Of a stretch of DNA of 64,000 bases, positions 47,864 to 64,000 are shown one piece after another. Each line of letters opens with the position of its first letter. Position 1 is the first letter of the stretch. A program made the position numbers and the translations under genes. The notes below the pieces were generated by a model. It worked only from the letters and a program-made list of their open reading frames with translations, was not told the origin of the DNA and ran no database searches. The stretch comes from Eledone cirrhosa (Eukaryota), in the NCBI GenBank assembly GCA_964016885.1, contig OZ024747.1, forward strand, positions 66,402,001 through 66,466,000. The letters run 5' to 3'.

Positions 47864-48986
47864 TAACAGATTAAAGTTTAAGCAAAGAATCGCTGCTTTC
47901 ACCCTTAACGGGATCTTCTGAAACTAACAAAGTCAATCTGTAAACGCAGAAGTGGATATTTCCAAAAACGTTGCAACCGGAGGAAGACAGGAAGACGATA
48001 CTTTGGTTCGTGGAAACGTTCGCTATGCAAATAAGTAATGGTATAAACAAAACATATACTTAGCTCCCACATCAAGACGTAAAATATCCACGTATAGATC
48101 GTACTATCCGTTAGGGTATAACGTGGGGCTGTAATACAGGAGAGTTTTGTGCAATTTATGTTTACAAGCCGAAATTGCCTCAGATTTTTTGTTTAAGATG
48201 TGGTCTGTGGCGTAGAGTATTTCCAGGGCCTCAGCGGCGCAGAGGTCAGATGGTCTTTTATTTCCGTTATACTATCTAGCCCTAGCTAGGATCTCCCAGT
48301 GTAACTTATATTGGGTGTGGTTGTCTTTTAGACTCCAGATATAAGCTGAAAGTGACGTCATATTCCTTCTTAGAGGGTAACGAAAAGAATGGGTATGCAT
48401 GTAAAGACGCTGCGTGAATCTATTGGCGGTTAACCCTATGTAGGCCCTACGGGACGTGGGTGTTACAACCTTACATTTGTAGACAATGTTACTAGAGAGG
48501 CATTTTCCGGATAGGGGGCAATCAACCCGATTCCTACAATTACAGTTAGTACTAACTTATAGATTCAAGCAGCGTCTTTACATGCATACCCATTCTTTTC
48601 GTTACCCTCTAAGAAGGAATATGACGTCACTTTCAGCTTATATCTGGAGTCTAAAAGACAACCACACCCAATATAAGTTACACTGGGAGATCCTAGCTAG
48701 GGTTAGATCGTATAACCACGTTATACCCTAACGGATAGTACGATCTATACGTGGATATTTTACGTCTTGATGTGGGAGCTAAGTATATGTTTTGTTTATA
48801 CCATTACTTATTTGCATAGCGAACGTTTCCACGAACCAAAGTATCGTCTTCCTGTCTTCCTCCGGTTGCAACGTTTTTTGAAATATCCACTTCTGCGTTT
48901 ACAGATTGACTTTGTTAGTTTCAGAAGATCCCGTTAAGGGTGAAAGCAGCGATTCTTTGCTTAAACTTTAATCTGTTATTTTAATA
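47856..48986. mobile_element. PLE 3' end (GIY-YIG on minus strand ~48546-48120) joined to an inverted copy with an internal deletion
   Basis: [60 protein letters not shown] 47856-48126/48716-48986 and ~48266-48423/48559-48716. Confidence 0.88.
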
Positions 48987-49074
48987 AATATTTGCTCTAC
49001 GGTTCTTATATATTTGATATATATTTATCCTTATCGAGCCCTCTTTGGATTTTAGTCTTCAAATTTATTATTAT

Positions 49075-49134
<60 letters not shown>

Positions 49135-49210
49135 GTAGGTCCCGGGTTGAGTCGGGGATAACCACAGTAAGTAAGGAACTCAATACATGGCAGAGTAAAA
49201 TTTTTTTATT

Positions 49211-49336
49211 TTATAGAAGGAGCTTCTACAGGACTAGTACTGTTTCATTCAGATGAAATCTTCAGGAAGCCCCTGAGCTTCCTGAAGATTTCATCTGAAT
49301 GAAACAGTACTAGTCCTGTAGAAGCTCCTTCTATAA
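49211..49336. repeat. Perfect 60-bp-arm palindrome with HHR-like core
   Basis: Arms 49211-49270/49277-49336. CTGAAGA (49282)...GAAAC (49301)...GTC (49315). Confidence 0.85.
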
Positions 49337-50185
49337 TATATATATATATATATATGTATATATATGTATATATATGTATATATATATGTATATATATCCC
49401 ACCACTCACCTTATTACAACAATTCCGCCATTACATGCATATTGCTGTCATATGTATTATTTAGACCCGTGTCGTCAATAACGTTTTGAAAAAAAATAAT
49501 GGTTTGCATATGAGAAACCCTATAGTTTATATTGTTTACTGACAGGTTGAAGTGTTTAATGATGAGAATGATATTTTGATAATGTCTTTCTTGGATATAA
49601 TTATATAGATGTTCAGTATATATAAACAAATGACATACAGGATTAAATGTATGAGTAATTTGGGAGAAATAACTATTTACAGGGACAAACCTAGGGTTAG
49701 AACACAGGACCTTGTGATTGGAAAGCAAAATTATGAGAGTAACCACATGACTGAGGGGAAATGCATTGTGTGCATGTGTGTATATATTTCCGTGTGTAAA
49801 TTTTAAAGATTTGCACACACAGATACACACATATGTATGCATATATAATTATACATTCACACCGTATTATTATCGTTGATATTCCAGAACAATTGCTTAT
49901 TAACCAGAAAGAGATGGTAAGAACGCCATAGATAAATTAGTTCTTTCACTCAAATATTACCACATTGCTGTGTAGATGGTAGAGAAGATAGCCATCGCTA
50001 TTTAGTATCGGAATAAAGTTATAGAGGAATACAAAATCAATATATTGATAAAGGTTGTGGCAATACTGTGGTTTTGATAAAATCTACGCACCAGAATCAT
50101 TTGAAATGCGGAGTTCGATACCTACAAGTCATTCTGTCTCTATGAGTTTAAATATCTAACTTGTTCCATTGTTAAGCTTGTTCTC

Positions 50186-52236
<2,051 letters not shown>

Positions 52237-52317
52237 GGTAAACAGAAATAAGAACACAATCGGTACAGTATATGGAAGGAATATATTAGGTTAACGCTTG
52301 AAATAGCAGGAAGAGGG

Positions 52318-52353
52318 TCTTAACGTTTCGGATGCAAGTCCTTCATCAGAAGA
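52318..52353 (-). ncRNA. Minimal type I hammerhead ribozyme
   Basis: Minus: TCTT-CTGATGA-A-GGA-CTTGCA-TCC-GAAAC-GTT-AAGA; loopless ACGT helix III, requires dimer. Confidence 0.75.
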
Positions 52354-52394
52354 AAGAATGAGAAATAAGTTAGATTGAAGGGACGGGCGGGGTG

Positions 52395-52808
<414 letters not shown>

Positions 52809-53386
52809 AATATATATATATATATATACAGAATTAGAAAATGCGAAGTAGTTTCAGATGTTAAAGTCCTTTATTGATAAGGCTGTGAATGCATATTTCA
52901 ATGACGACAGTGGGTATGCGATTCAGTGTCATGATCTCATTAGACAGCTTCTTACATAATAAGGCTGCATTCTCGAAGCAATCCAAGTTAAAACGACAAG
53001 GGAACGAACAAAGATGATGTTCTTGAAGCCTTCGCCTCAAGTTAGTTATCCATTTTTTACGTCCGTTTATCCATACTTACAATGGCTTGATGAAGCCAGG
53101 AACTTATTCCGGTGTCATAGATATTAAGCAATTGAAAGTACATAACTCATGGAACCAAATAACAGCAAATGATGTTACACATTTTCAACTGACTGAACGA
53201 AAGCAACGTGAAATACCTTGTTCGATATACAACGCGTCAGCTTGTTTAGCAATTGAACTTATGACCTTATAAAAATGAGCAGAACACTATAACCACACCT
53301 ACTGGTACTACTTACCTTATCGATTTCGGCAGAATGAAAATCATATGATTTTGCAAAATCTAGAATTCGTCATAATTGTTAGAATA

Positions 53387-54376
53387 AGGATTTCTAGTAT
53401 AGGCACTAGGCCAGTAATTTGGTGGGAGGGGTAATTCGATTAAATCTACGCAGTAGGTTACTGTTGCTTTATTTTATCGACCCCGTAAGGATGAAAGGCA
53501 AAGTTAACCTCGGCGGGATTTGAACTCAGAACGTAAAGGACCGTAACTCTATGCTGCAAAGCATGGTGTCTGACTTTACTGATACTGCCAATCCACCGCC
53601 TTCATAAAATTGTTAGAATGTTTACAGTATTGCCAACATTTTTTTAGATAAGACCACACACACACACACTCACTCACTCACACACACACACACACACACA
53701 CATACTCACACACGCATATGTAATGCTCAAGACTTTTATGATAAACTTAAATGATACATACAAATGACATATATGTGTGTCTTTCACACCTCCACAACTG
53801 TCAATCTACGATTGTTTGGTAAAACCGCCATTCCATAATTCCCTACATTTCCTAATTAATTCTCGTTGGTAATGTGGTCCCGGTGAAAGAAACTTCTCCC
53901 ATATTTTATATTATTTTATATCACCCATCTCTCCATCGATAATCAATAAACTTGGCATTGCTGCTCTTTTATGTCGTTATTTTCTCCCTTCTCTTTTCAA
54001 ATTTTTTTGGGAGAGGAAAGTCAACTAAATCGACCGCAGTGAATTACTGGTACTTTATTTTATCGACCCCGTAAAGGTGAAAGGCAAAGCTAATCTCGAC
54101 AGGATTTGAATTCAGATCTTAAAGGGCCGTAACTCTATGTCATAAAGCATGTTGTCCGACGCTCCACCAATAGTGCCAATCCATCACCCTTCTTTCAAAT
54201 ATTAATTGTTTCTTCTTTTGGCACAGCAATTTTCTAGTACATTACTGGTAGTTTATTTTATCGGCCCCGTAAGGATGAAAGGCAAAGTTAATCTCAACGG
54301 GATTTGAACTCATGCCGTAAAGGGACGTAACTATGCTAGAAAGCATAGCGTCCAACCCTCTACCGATACTGCCAAT
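53387..54376 (-). mobile_element. Three tRNA-derived SINE copies (53387-53600, ~54010-54190, ~54205-54376)
   Basis: Same SINE body as above. Confidence 0.75.
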
Positions 54377-55954
54377 TCAAATATTAATGACTAAGTAAAT
54401 CACGGAATTTCTGATATTTTGACTGGAAACTGTCAAATCGAAAACACCAGAAGAAACAAAATTTACAGCACAAGCAGCATAAGCAGCAAAAACTACTACA
54501 GCAACATCAATAACACCAACAACATCAGCAGTAAAGACTACAACAGCAACATTAATAACATCATTTGCAATAACACCATTTAAGCAACATTTGCTTAACA
54601 GACAACAATAAAACAGCAACAAATTTAACAGCAACACTTATAACAACATTAGCAGCAACAACAACATCAGCAGTAGAAGTAAAGACAACAAAATACAGCA
54701 ACAGCATTAACAATAATATCAGCAACATCAGCAGTAAAATCAACAAAAGCCACAGCAGCAACATCAACAATATCAGTAGCAAAAATTACAACAGCAGAAA
54801 CAACCCCAACAGCAGTAGCAATATCAAGAACAACAGCAACAGCAAAAATATCAGCAGAAAAAATTGCAACATCAGTGCCCCCCCCCCCCCCCCAAAAAAA
54901 AAAAACCAGCAAAAAAAAACAAACCCCCTCCCCCCAAAACAACTACCATCAACAACACACCAACAATATAGTATTGCATGTTACATAAGATATTTTCTGT
55001 TAGAAATGTTGAAGAATTATGCATTCCATCATTGTGGTTACCATTCTTACAGACATGACAGCTGAGGGAGTGGTTTGTTTGGCATGAGGGGAATTGTTCG
55101 TGCCACTAATACAATATATCTATTAAACATCAATTTGACTTAAGAAGCATTGGAGAATTTTGAAATGTAGTCGTCCAACACAGAATGATTGTAATAATAG
55201 TCGATCACGACAAATCCTAGTTGAGAAAATCTGATAAAATCCCTCGAAACAGGGAAAAAGTGAGCAGGGGTGTTTTCGTCCACTTCTGTCATCAGGGATA
55301 TTTTAGACGATTTTCTCAACTATTATTATTTATAGTGATCGACTACTATTATTATGCTCATCTGTGTTGGTACGCACGCATTTGAAAATTCAAATTTCCC
55401 CAATCCTTAGTAGATCAACTGCTGATTACATTGGTAGCTACAGGCTTAAAATCGTCTAAAAAGACAAAATTAGTGGCCACCGTGTCTTTAGATTTGCGTT
55501 TAATGTACACAGTCCGACATCCGTGAGATGCGAGGTTTGATTTCTCTCAAGCGTCTCCAGGGTTATTTTACACGATTTTCTCAATTATTATTTATAGTGA
55601 TCGACTATATTTATTGTCATTTTACGTTGGAACGACTACATTTCAAGTTTCAAATATCTTTATTGTTGTAGTCCCTGCATGGCTGCAACCACAGAGTTCA
55701 CAGGTTCACTGGTTCCAGTGAGATCACCGTGGTTAATATTTCTTTTGAATAGATAAAAGTTCAACGTCTAAAGGATAAAAAATGAGGAAGAAATTCCAGA
55801 GGGTTGACATCCAGATCTACTTTTTGAGGATAACATCCTCCATTCTATCCGACAAGTCTTAGAGGACATACAAAAGGGTTGTTTAAAGCCCTTTCCTTTC
55901 TGTTAGATCTACTGAGAAGATCCTACAAACTTACTTTTGGATATTATTATTACG

Positions 55955-56240
55955 ATCAAATCCCGCCGAGGTTAACTTTGCCTTTCATCCTTAAGGGGTC
56001 GATAAAATAAAGCACCAGTAATACACTGGGTAATTATTAGCCTTGTGCCAAAAGTAGAAACAATTATGGGCGGTGGATTGGCAGTATCGGTAGAGCGTCA
56101 GACATCATGCTTTGCAACATAGAGTTCAAATCCCGCCGAGATTAGCTTTGCTTTTCATCCTTACGGGGTTGATAAAATAAAGTACCAGTAATGCACTGTG
56201 GTAATTGGTGGCTTTGTGCCAAAAGTAGAAACAATTATTA
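55955..56240 (+). mobile_element. Two tandem tRNA-derived SINE copies, plus orientation
   Basis: GGCGGTGGATTGGCAGTATCGG...GAGTTCAAATCCCGCCGAG...GATAAAATAAAG. Confidence 0.8.
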
Positions 56241-56594
56241 CGATCTCACGATCGCAATGTACATACACACCTACACACCTGCCTGTATGCATGTATATGG
56301 GCGCGCGCGTGTATGTATGTGTGAGTGAGTGTGGGTGCGTGTACGTGTGTGTATGTGTGTATGTAGGTCTGTGTGTGTGCGTGCGCGCGCGCGCGTGTGT
56401 GTAATGTGGTCATGGTTCAGAAGCCGGAAGACCACTAATCAGAATGACAATCCTTACATGTTTAGGCGTCCCCGTGAGTTAGCCGAAACAGAGTGTGCTT
56501 TCCGCGGATATTTTACCGTATGTATGTATGTATGTATGTATGTATGTATGTATGTATGTATGTATGTATGTATGTATGTATGTATGTATGTATG

Positions 56595-57137
56595 TTATGT
56601 AGGGTCACTCCTGAGTGCTACTGGTAACATGTAACCCAGTACAACCTGTCACATGGTCGAGTCGTCGGCAACTAAACCGGCAACCCCACCAAGTTTACTT
56701 GGTGAGGAGGGTGATTTTGGACACCCTGCAGGACAAAAAAACAAAACCTGACAAAGGACGTAATAGCTCATAAGAGTCCACGGCCATCCAAAAGTGTGTA
56801 AATATGTATATACACATGTATCGGGCGGTTAAACCACTGGGAGTGAAGGACCCCTAGCTTTTGTCAGGGCATTCTTCTAGGAGAAGGCAACTCAGGAAAC
56901 TGGGATAACTCCGATATAAAAACTGCAGCTCAGTAGTTACCGATGATGTTGATCTTTTCTTCTTTTCGTGTTATAGTTACTGTCGCTCAGAGAATGGGAT
57001 TGGCTCAGTGCACAGCCTTTCCTCACTTTAAAACATATCTTCACGCACAGGCATTGCACGATAGAATTAATTAATAATTATTAATAATGGTATATCGTGC
57101 AATGGCCATACTCGATAACGAGGGGCAGCCATCATCA
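56595..57137 (+). mobile_element. Diverged copy of the ~600-bp non-autonomous element
   Basis: Homologous to 6021-6631; flanked by (TATG)n. Confidence 0.7.
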
Positions 57138-57459
57138 TGTATGTATGTATGTATGTATGTATGTATGTATGTATGTATGTATGTATGTATGTATGTATGT
57201 ATGTATGTATGTATGCATGTATGTATGTATGTTCTTCTGGTTTTATAATTTCACAAATTTTTGCCAATAGGGAGAGAGTCGGTTTCTAACATAGACACAA
57301 GACTCTCTCATTGGAATTTACACAACATCAACTAGGTAGATATGTCTGCATGCATGCATGTGTGTGCAGGTATGGATGTTATTATATGCGTGCATGTGTA
57401 TGTTTTGATTTGTATGTGTGCATGCTTTGTATCTGTACAAGTGTACATGCAGTAATAAC

Positions 57460-57757
57460 TGCAGAATTTTTGGAATGCTTTACATATTTTTACTGTTCCA
57501 TTAATGGATTGTACTTGTAATTTCTTAACAAGTTGTGTTCTTTCTGTTTCTGTGAAACCCAGCTTCTCAAGATTTGTATTGAGGCAGTTACTAAAATATC
57601 TGAGTGCCTCAATAATCACAGGCATAAAGCTATAAAGGTATAGTCAGGGTGGAGTATCAGCAGATTTCTCATTCGTTCTGCATAGATATATTATATTGGC
57701 ATCTGCTGAGCAGGTAACTTCCACTAACGTGCATGCCTTCTTTTCCCTGTCCAATAG
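57460..57757 (-). pseudogene. Degenerate R4/Dong-like REL endonuclease fragment
   Basis: LLDREKKACTLVEVTC..FMPVIIEAL..LEKLGF..GTVKICKAF, homologous to the C-terminus of 62274-62786. Confidence 0.7.
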
Positions 57758-57789
<32 letters not shown>

Positions 57790-57906
57790 TGTATGTATGT
57801 ATGTATGTATGTATGTATGTATGTATGTATGTATGTATGTATGTATGTATGCATGCATGTATGTATGTATGTATGTATGTATGTATGTATGTATGTATGT
57901 ATGTAT

Positions 57907-58388
57907 GTGGCCGTTGATTCTGCTGAGTTCCTCTGCCCTTTGACAGGTTTTGATTTTTATCACGTGGAGTGTCCGAATACACCCTCCTCTCCAGGCACAC
58001 TTGGTGGGGTTGTCGATTTGGTCGCCGACGACCATGCAATTAAGTTTTTATTTTGTGGATCAAGAGACTCCGAGTCTTCATCAAGACATCTCTCTAGAAG
58101 AAGGTCACTCTGATATAAAGCATACGACTCCGTTTGCATCCAATGATGTAAGCCAGTTCTTTTGGGGAAAATGCATTCGATGTTCAGAGAGTGGGATTGG
58201 CTCAATGCAAAGCCTTTCCTCCCTTAAAAAAGCTTCAAGCACAGGCATCGCTTGATATGTGACATTTATTGTGATGCATAGTATTGCTTGCCATGAGCAA
58301 GTCCCTAGCAGAACTAAAAAATCACATCCATGATGCTGATACTTAAGTATCAAGCGATGGCATTACTCGAAATCGAGTTGCAGCTATC
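57907..58388. mobile_element. Diverged ~600-bp element copy with inverted 5' part
   Basis: 57907-58035 is the reverse complement of the 5' segment; 58185-58388 is the forward 3' segment ending in (TATG)n. Confidence 0.65.
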
Positions 58389-58459
58389 ATGTATGTATGT
58401 ATGTATGTATGTATGTATGTATGTATGTATGTATGTATGTATGTATGTATGTATGTATG

Positions 58460-59036
58460 TTTTCCCAGTACAACCTGTCCCATGGCCGGGTCGTTGGCGA
58501 CTAAACTGGCAACCCCACCAAGGTTTCTTGGTGAGGAGGGTGACTTTGGACATCCTGCAGGACTAAAAACAAAACCTGTCAAAGGGCAAAGGAGCTCTTA
58601 AGAGTCAATGGCCATCCAAAATCACCGGGAGAGATGACCCCTTAGCCTTTGTCAAGGCAGAATTCTAGGAGAAGGAAAACTATGATATAACACCTGCAAC
58701 CCTGATGGTATCCAATGATGTTGACTTGTTCTTCTTTTTGGTAAATATAATCTTGGTTAAGAGAGTGGGACTGGCTTTGTGCAGTGCCTTTGCTCACTAT
58801 AAAAGCTTCACGGCACAGGCATTGCTTTACATCTGGAGATCTCTCTGCACTTGTCGTCACATGGTACCATGAGCCCAGCACTATGTGTCAATAATTGTCA
58901 CAAGTGTAGTGTTTGTGCCAGAGTTTTCAAGTCGCTGGCTGGACTAAAAAGTCACACTCGTTCAGCGCATCGGTAAGGGTTCTCCTACATGGATATAAAG
59001 TAGTGGCCGTACTTGAAAACGAGTTGGCAGCCAGCA
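58460..59036 (+). mobile_element. Slightly 5'-truncated copy of the ~600-bp element
   Basis: Near-identical to 6058-6631; (TATG)n on both sides. Confidence 0.85.
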
Positions 59037-59346
59037 TGTATGTATGTATGTATGTATGTATGTATGTATGTATGTATGTATGTATGTATGTATGTATGTA
59101 TGTTTGTATGTATGTATGTATGTATGTATGTATGTATGTATGTATGTATGTATGTATGTACGCACGCACGTACGTATGTTGGAATGCATGTATGTATATA
59201 TGTATATACGTATATACGTACAAACGTACATACGTATGCATGTATGTATGTATCTATGTATATATGCTTATATGTATGTACATACATACATATAAGCATG
59301 CATACATACATACATACATACATACATACATACATACATACATACA

Positions 59347-59375
<29 letters not shown>

Positions 59376-59378
<3 letters not shown>

Positions 59379-62300
59379 AAATACAAAGAATTATATGAAG
59401 CATACAAACAATCTGAACCCCAGAAGTTCGGTTTTATGCAAAGGCTAAACACTTTATGGAACTCCAAACACCCAGAATTAGACTTTTCTCCAAAGCATTT
59501 AAATGAACAGGGAAAACGTATCATTAGATGTAAATTGATACATCTAACGGAATTGAGTGATACTACAAATACAGCCCTTGTAGACAACCACCCCACCTCC
59601 ACTGACAGACAAAGAGAATGGCCAGCTAAATCTAACAGTGAACAGCTCACCAACAATTTTGCTGAAATCCATCCCACTTCCACTGAAGAACAGCGAAAAA
59701 GGTCAGCTAACTCTAGTAGTAATTGTCACCACATCAACAACGAGGCTGAAATTCATGACTCTACTGAACAAACAGAACACCAAAAACTTGTGGACACCTT
59801 ACAAGTGATATGGAACGATATGTTTCAAGAGATACACAGCCTTAATGTGAGTGACAAACCATACAACACCAGAATCAGTAAAGAACCCACTAAATTGGAA
59901 TTGGAAGCGGTGAACGAAATAGCTGGCAATTATCTGAAGGCTATACGATCTAAAGGTGTAGAAACGACATTTGAAACGCTTAATATTTTGTTATATGTTT
60001 CAGCTGTCACATTGCTATCATATAACACACATCTAAAACCACGCAATCAAGGTACAAACAGAAAGCCTGAACCAGCGTGGATGCGAAATTTAAAAAGCAA
60101 AATTTTGTCCATGAGACGAAGTATCTCACACATCGCAGTCGTTATGAAATGCAACATAGAGAGCAACTTCACACGACACCAGGAAGACCTAAAAAAAAAG
60201 TTAGAGAGACGATTTGGAGATACAAAATTTAAAACTTTGAACTCCAAATTACACCAGTTGAAACAACAACAGAAAGACTAAAATATAAGTCAACAGCACA
60301 TAAACGACAAGTGCTAAATAGATTGTTTGCCAGAGATCCTAAATCAGTTTATCGCAGCTTCGGTGGCAAAAGCTCAATCCCTGTAAATGACACCCCTTCA
60401 AAAGAACAGGTTGAGAGATACTGGAGATCTGTATGGGAAACGGATGACGGATTCAACAGACAAACTAATTGGCTAAAAGAACTGGAACAGGACTACTGTC
60501 AACATGTCCAGACAAAACAATATGACATAGATGGGTCAATACTGGAAACAGCTCTACAGAAAATGTCGAATAGGAAATCGCCAGGCCCAGACCTCATTAC
60601 AGGATACTGGTTGAAGAATTTCACTTTCTATCTGCAAGATCTCATACGGCTGTTTACAGAAACCATTAAAGGCACACAAGAACTGCCCAGATGGTTATCA
60701 ACTGCCACTACTCTCCTCATTCCCCAAAATAGCCAAACCACCCTTGCTAAAAATTACCGCCCATAGCCTGCCAAAACATCATGTATAAATTATATACTGG
60801 GTGCCTTAACCTGTTCTTACAGGATCACTGTGCTACCAACATCATAACACCTGAGCAAGCTGGTGGAAAGAGGGAGTGTGGGGTTGCATAGATCACCTAC
60901 TAACTAACAAAATGATTCAGGAAAAAACAACAAAGAATCGCAGAAACATGACTGTGGTGTGGCTGGACTATCAAAAAGCATTTGATAGTGTACCTCATGG
61001 GTGGATTATTAAGGCTTTACAGTTAGCCAAAGTCCCACAACCATTGGTAGCTGCTGTTGAACGCCTGACCAAGAACTGGTACACCAATTTGATCCTTAGA
61101 GGTGAGAAGGAGCAAGTTAAGACTGATAAGATACATTACCAGAAGGGCATCTTTCAGGGCGATAGCTTGTCAGTGCTACTCTTCGTTCTCTCACTGAATC
61201 CACTATCTTACCTACTCAGGAAACAAACTGGGCAAAGGAGTGGGTCCAGAAGTATCTCCCATCTTTTCTTTGTTGATGACCTGAAGTTGTATGGGCCAAA
61301 TATCAATGACATCAAGAAACAATTGGACCTCATTACACAATTTTCAACCGACATCAAAATTAAATTTGGTGAGTCCAAGTGTGTATATTTGGCAGTAAAA
61401 CGTGGAAGAGCTGTGCCCTCCTCTAGAAATCTAGAGATGAACGGCCTGACAATACAACCTCTACTGTCAGGTGACAACTACAGATATCTTGGACAGGATG
61501 AGAATGTCAGATATGATGGACCCATAAGGAGAGAACCAGAACTGAATACCTCAGAAGAGTAAAGAAAATATGGTCATCAGAACTGTCAGCGTACAACAAA
61601 TACATTGCCCACAATACTTATGCTGTGCCAATTCTAACGTCAACATTTGGCCTGCTGAACTGGTCATTGCAAGACTAAGTGAGATGGATGTTAGAACTCG
61701 CAAACTTCTCAGTGTTACTGGGAACTTTAACATTAATGGTGATGTGGATAGGCTATACTTCTCACGCAAGGAAGGTGGCTGGGGTCTAAAATCAATATTA
61801 ACAACATATGAGACCCGGATAGTAACACTGAAGCAACACCTTCAACAGAGGAAAAAGGTTGGCAACCATCTTGCCCAGGTTTATGAGCATGAAAAAAAAT
61901 ATCATTAGAATAGCGACTGATCTGGAGGATAGATATGGAATACAGCCTGATATAAATCTCTCACCCAGAGAAATCGGAAGATCCTATTCAATGTTCAAAC
62001 AAGATAAAAAAATTGACCAATTTACAGAAAAGTTGTGCATGGATACTTGGGACGTAAAACACAGACCATAGAGGGGATAAAGCACTCAAAAAGCCTGGCA
62101 TGGAGTTCCGACAAGTTTATGACATCACACCTTGAGGGATATCTCTATGCAATACAGGAACAAGAACTCCCTATCTGCTGCAGAAAAGAGAAAGGCCAGC
62201 AGCTGGCAATGAATGTAGGCTATGTAAAACAAAGATCGAGGATGTAAGCCACATTGTTGCCAGCTGCGAAAGAATGTCATCTCGCTACTACCTCCCCATG

Positions 62301-62872
62301 AGACACGATGGGATAGCTAGAACCATCTGGAACGCACTTCGGAAAACAAAATTAACAACAAACGAGGAAGAATATATTGAGACAGATGGCACTAAGGAAT
62401 ACTGGTGGGACATGAAAATAAAAACTGCCACCAAATTAAAGCACAACCGGCCTGATATTGTTGTTTGGGACCACACATTGAAAACGTGTTCTGTTGTGGA
62501 GATCAGCTGCCCACTTGATGTAAACGTTGTCAGAAAAATACAGGAGAAGGAGGACATCTACGGACCATTGATGAGGAGTTTACAAATCCAGTATCCAAGA
62601 TACACCTTTAGCTTCATACCCATCATTATTGGTGCTACGGGTTATATACCAACCCACTTGGACCAAAGTATGACTGAACTTGGATTTGCGGACAAAAAGC
62701 GCAGCTCCCTAATTCATAGTCTACAAATGGCTGCGATAGCTGGCACCTTCAAAATTTGCAAAACATTCTTGCGATTCAAGGGATGACAATTTCTTTTCTT
62801 TTACAACCTTGCCACCAGGAAGGTGGCCGGTCAAAAAAAAAAAAAAACTCGAAATTAAGAGAAAAAGATAAC
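59376..62872 (+). mobile_element. Decayed R4/Dong-like non-LTR retrotransposon (RT + CCHC + PD-(D/E)xK endonuclease)
   Basis: KSPGPDLI, NYRP, WLDYQKAFDSVPH, GIFQGDSLS, HLFFVDD, YRYLG, RLYFSRKEGG, CRLC..HIVASC, RHD, RPDIVVWD..VEISCP..EKEDIY; multiple frameshifts; (CATA)n at both ends. Confidence 0.88.
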
Positions 62873-63409
62873 ATACATACATACATACATACATACATAC
62901 ATACATACATACATACATACATACATACATACATACATGTATGTATGTATGTGTGTATGTATGTATACTGGTTAAAGTAGAAACCCGTATTTTGAAGACA
63001 ATTTATCCGCCGATAGTGTTTTCCTCTATTCTATTAAAATATATGTTTTTCTTATCTATTTTCTGTTTTTTTTTCTTTACCAAATATATCTTGGAATTAA
63101 GACTTTAGAATTTGACGCCTATAGCTTTCTCTAATTATCGATGATTCGATTTCGTAGATCTGCTAATTTCTCTGGTGACTATTTTACGTTCTTTAAAATA
63201 TAATTTGTTCTACTTGAAGAAGCATATAAAACCAAAAACAAAATACTAAAATAAAAAAAAGACGTATGTAATAAGTAAACAATATAAATAATACAATGAT
63301 GTAAAAAGTACAAAAAAATACACTTCAAAATATATAAATTAGTAATCTTTAAAAGAAATGATTAAAAACTATGTATGTATATATACATATATATATATAG
63401 ATATATGTT

Positions 63410-63529
<120 letters not shown>

Positions 63530-63547
63530 AACATATATCTATATATA

Positions 63548-63602
<55 letters not shown>

Positions 63603-63946
63603 GTATATATATATATACAATTTAAAAATGTTCGTCTAGTCCATCTTCGTGATATAAAATCAAATATCAAGATCCAATCAAAGATTCCATCCTGTTCTAT
63701 CTCAAATCCTGTCATATGCCCTAAATGTCTAAATATGGCTTGATGTGTAAACATTAACTCATGAACTGAAAAGATTGTTGAACCCTCATACATAGCAATG
63801 TACGGCGGGTGAGTCCATCATTTATATCACCAAATAATCACGCCACATAAACATACACTACGTTCATACATAATATTAACCAAAACAAAAATTATAACAA
63901 TATGACTTTAAATATGCATGAGTGTAAGTATATGTATGTGTTTATT

Positions 63947-63978
<32 letters not shown>

Positions 63979-64000
63979 CAAACACGCACACACACACACA

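Noticed and set aside
48915-48970. Possible HHR (CAGAAGA-TCCC..GGGT-GAAAG) at PLE 3' end
   Set aside because: Core deviates and helices I and III cannot be formed convincingly.
54440-54965. CAA/CAG-rich ORFs
   Set aside because: Degenerate trinucleotide low-complexity tract without coding support.

Overview
AT-rich eukaryotic repeat-dominated window with no convincing host gene. An octopod/cephalopod origin is inferred only from the look of the tRNA-derived SINE and the microsatellite load. Long (TA)n/(TATATG)n tracts (and (TATG)n/(CATA)n tracts after ~56.5 kb) separate retroelement insertions. These include at least six Penelope-like element (PLE) pieces with RT and/or C-terminal GIY-YIG domains, two 5'-truncated CR1/L2-group LINEs plus short 3' copies, RTE fragments, a decayed R4/Dong-like restriction-endonuclease LINE, CRE-like and Gypsy relics, a ~600-bp non-autonomous retroelement family and many SINE copies. 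Most ORFs in the track are microsatellite artefacts. The main hidden signal is RNA structure. About 20 type-I hammerhead ribozyme (HHR) motifs can be folded by hand, nearly all with a palindromic helix III, several with compensatory U3:A8 cores or very long helix II. One set sits in a near-identical 592-bp tandem array (retrozyme/circRNA-like), and many lie in non-coding fold-back (inverted-repeat) elements embedded in (TA)n. All folds and family calls were made by eye and need computational and experimental confirmation.
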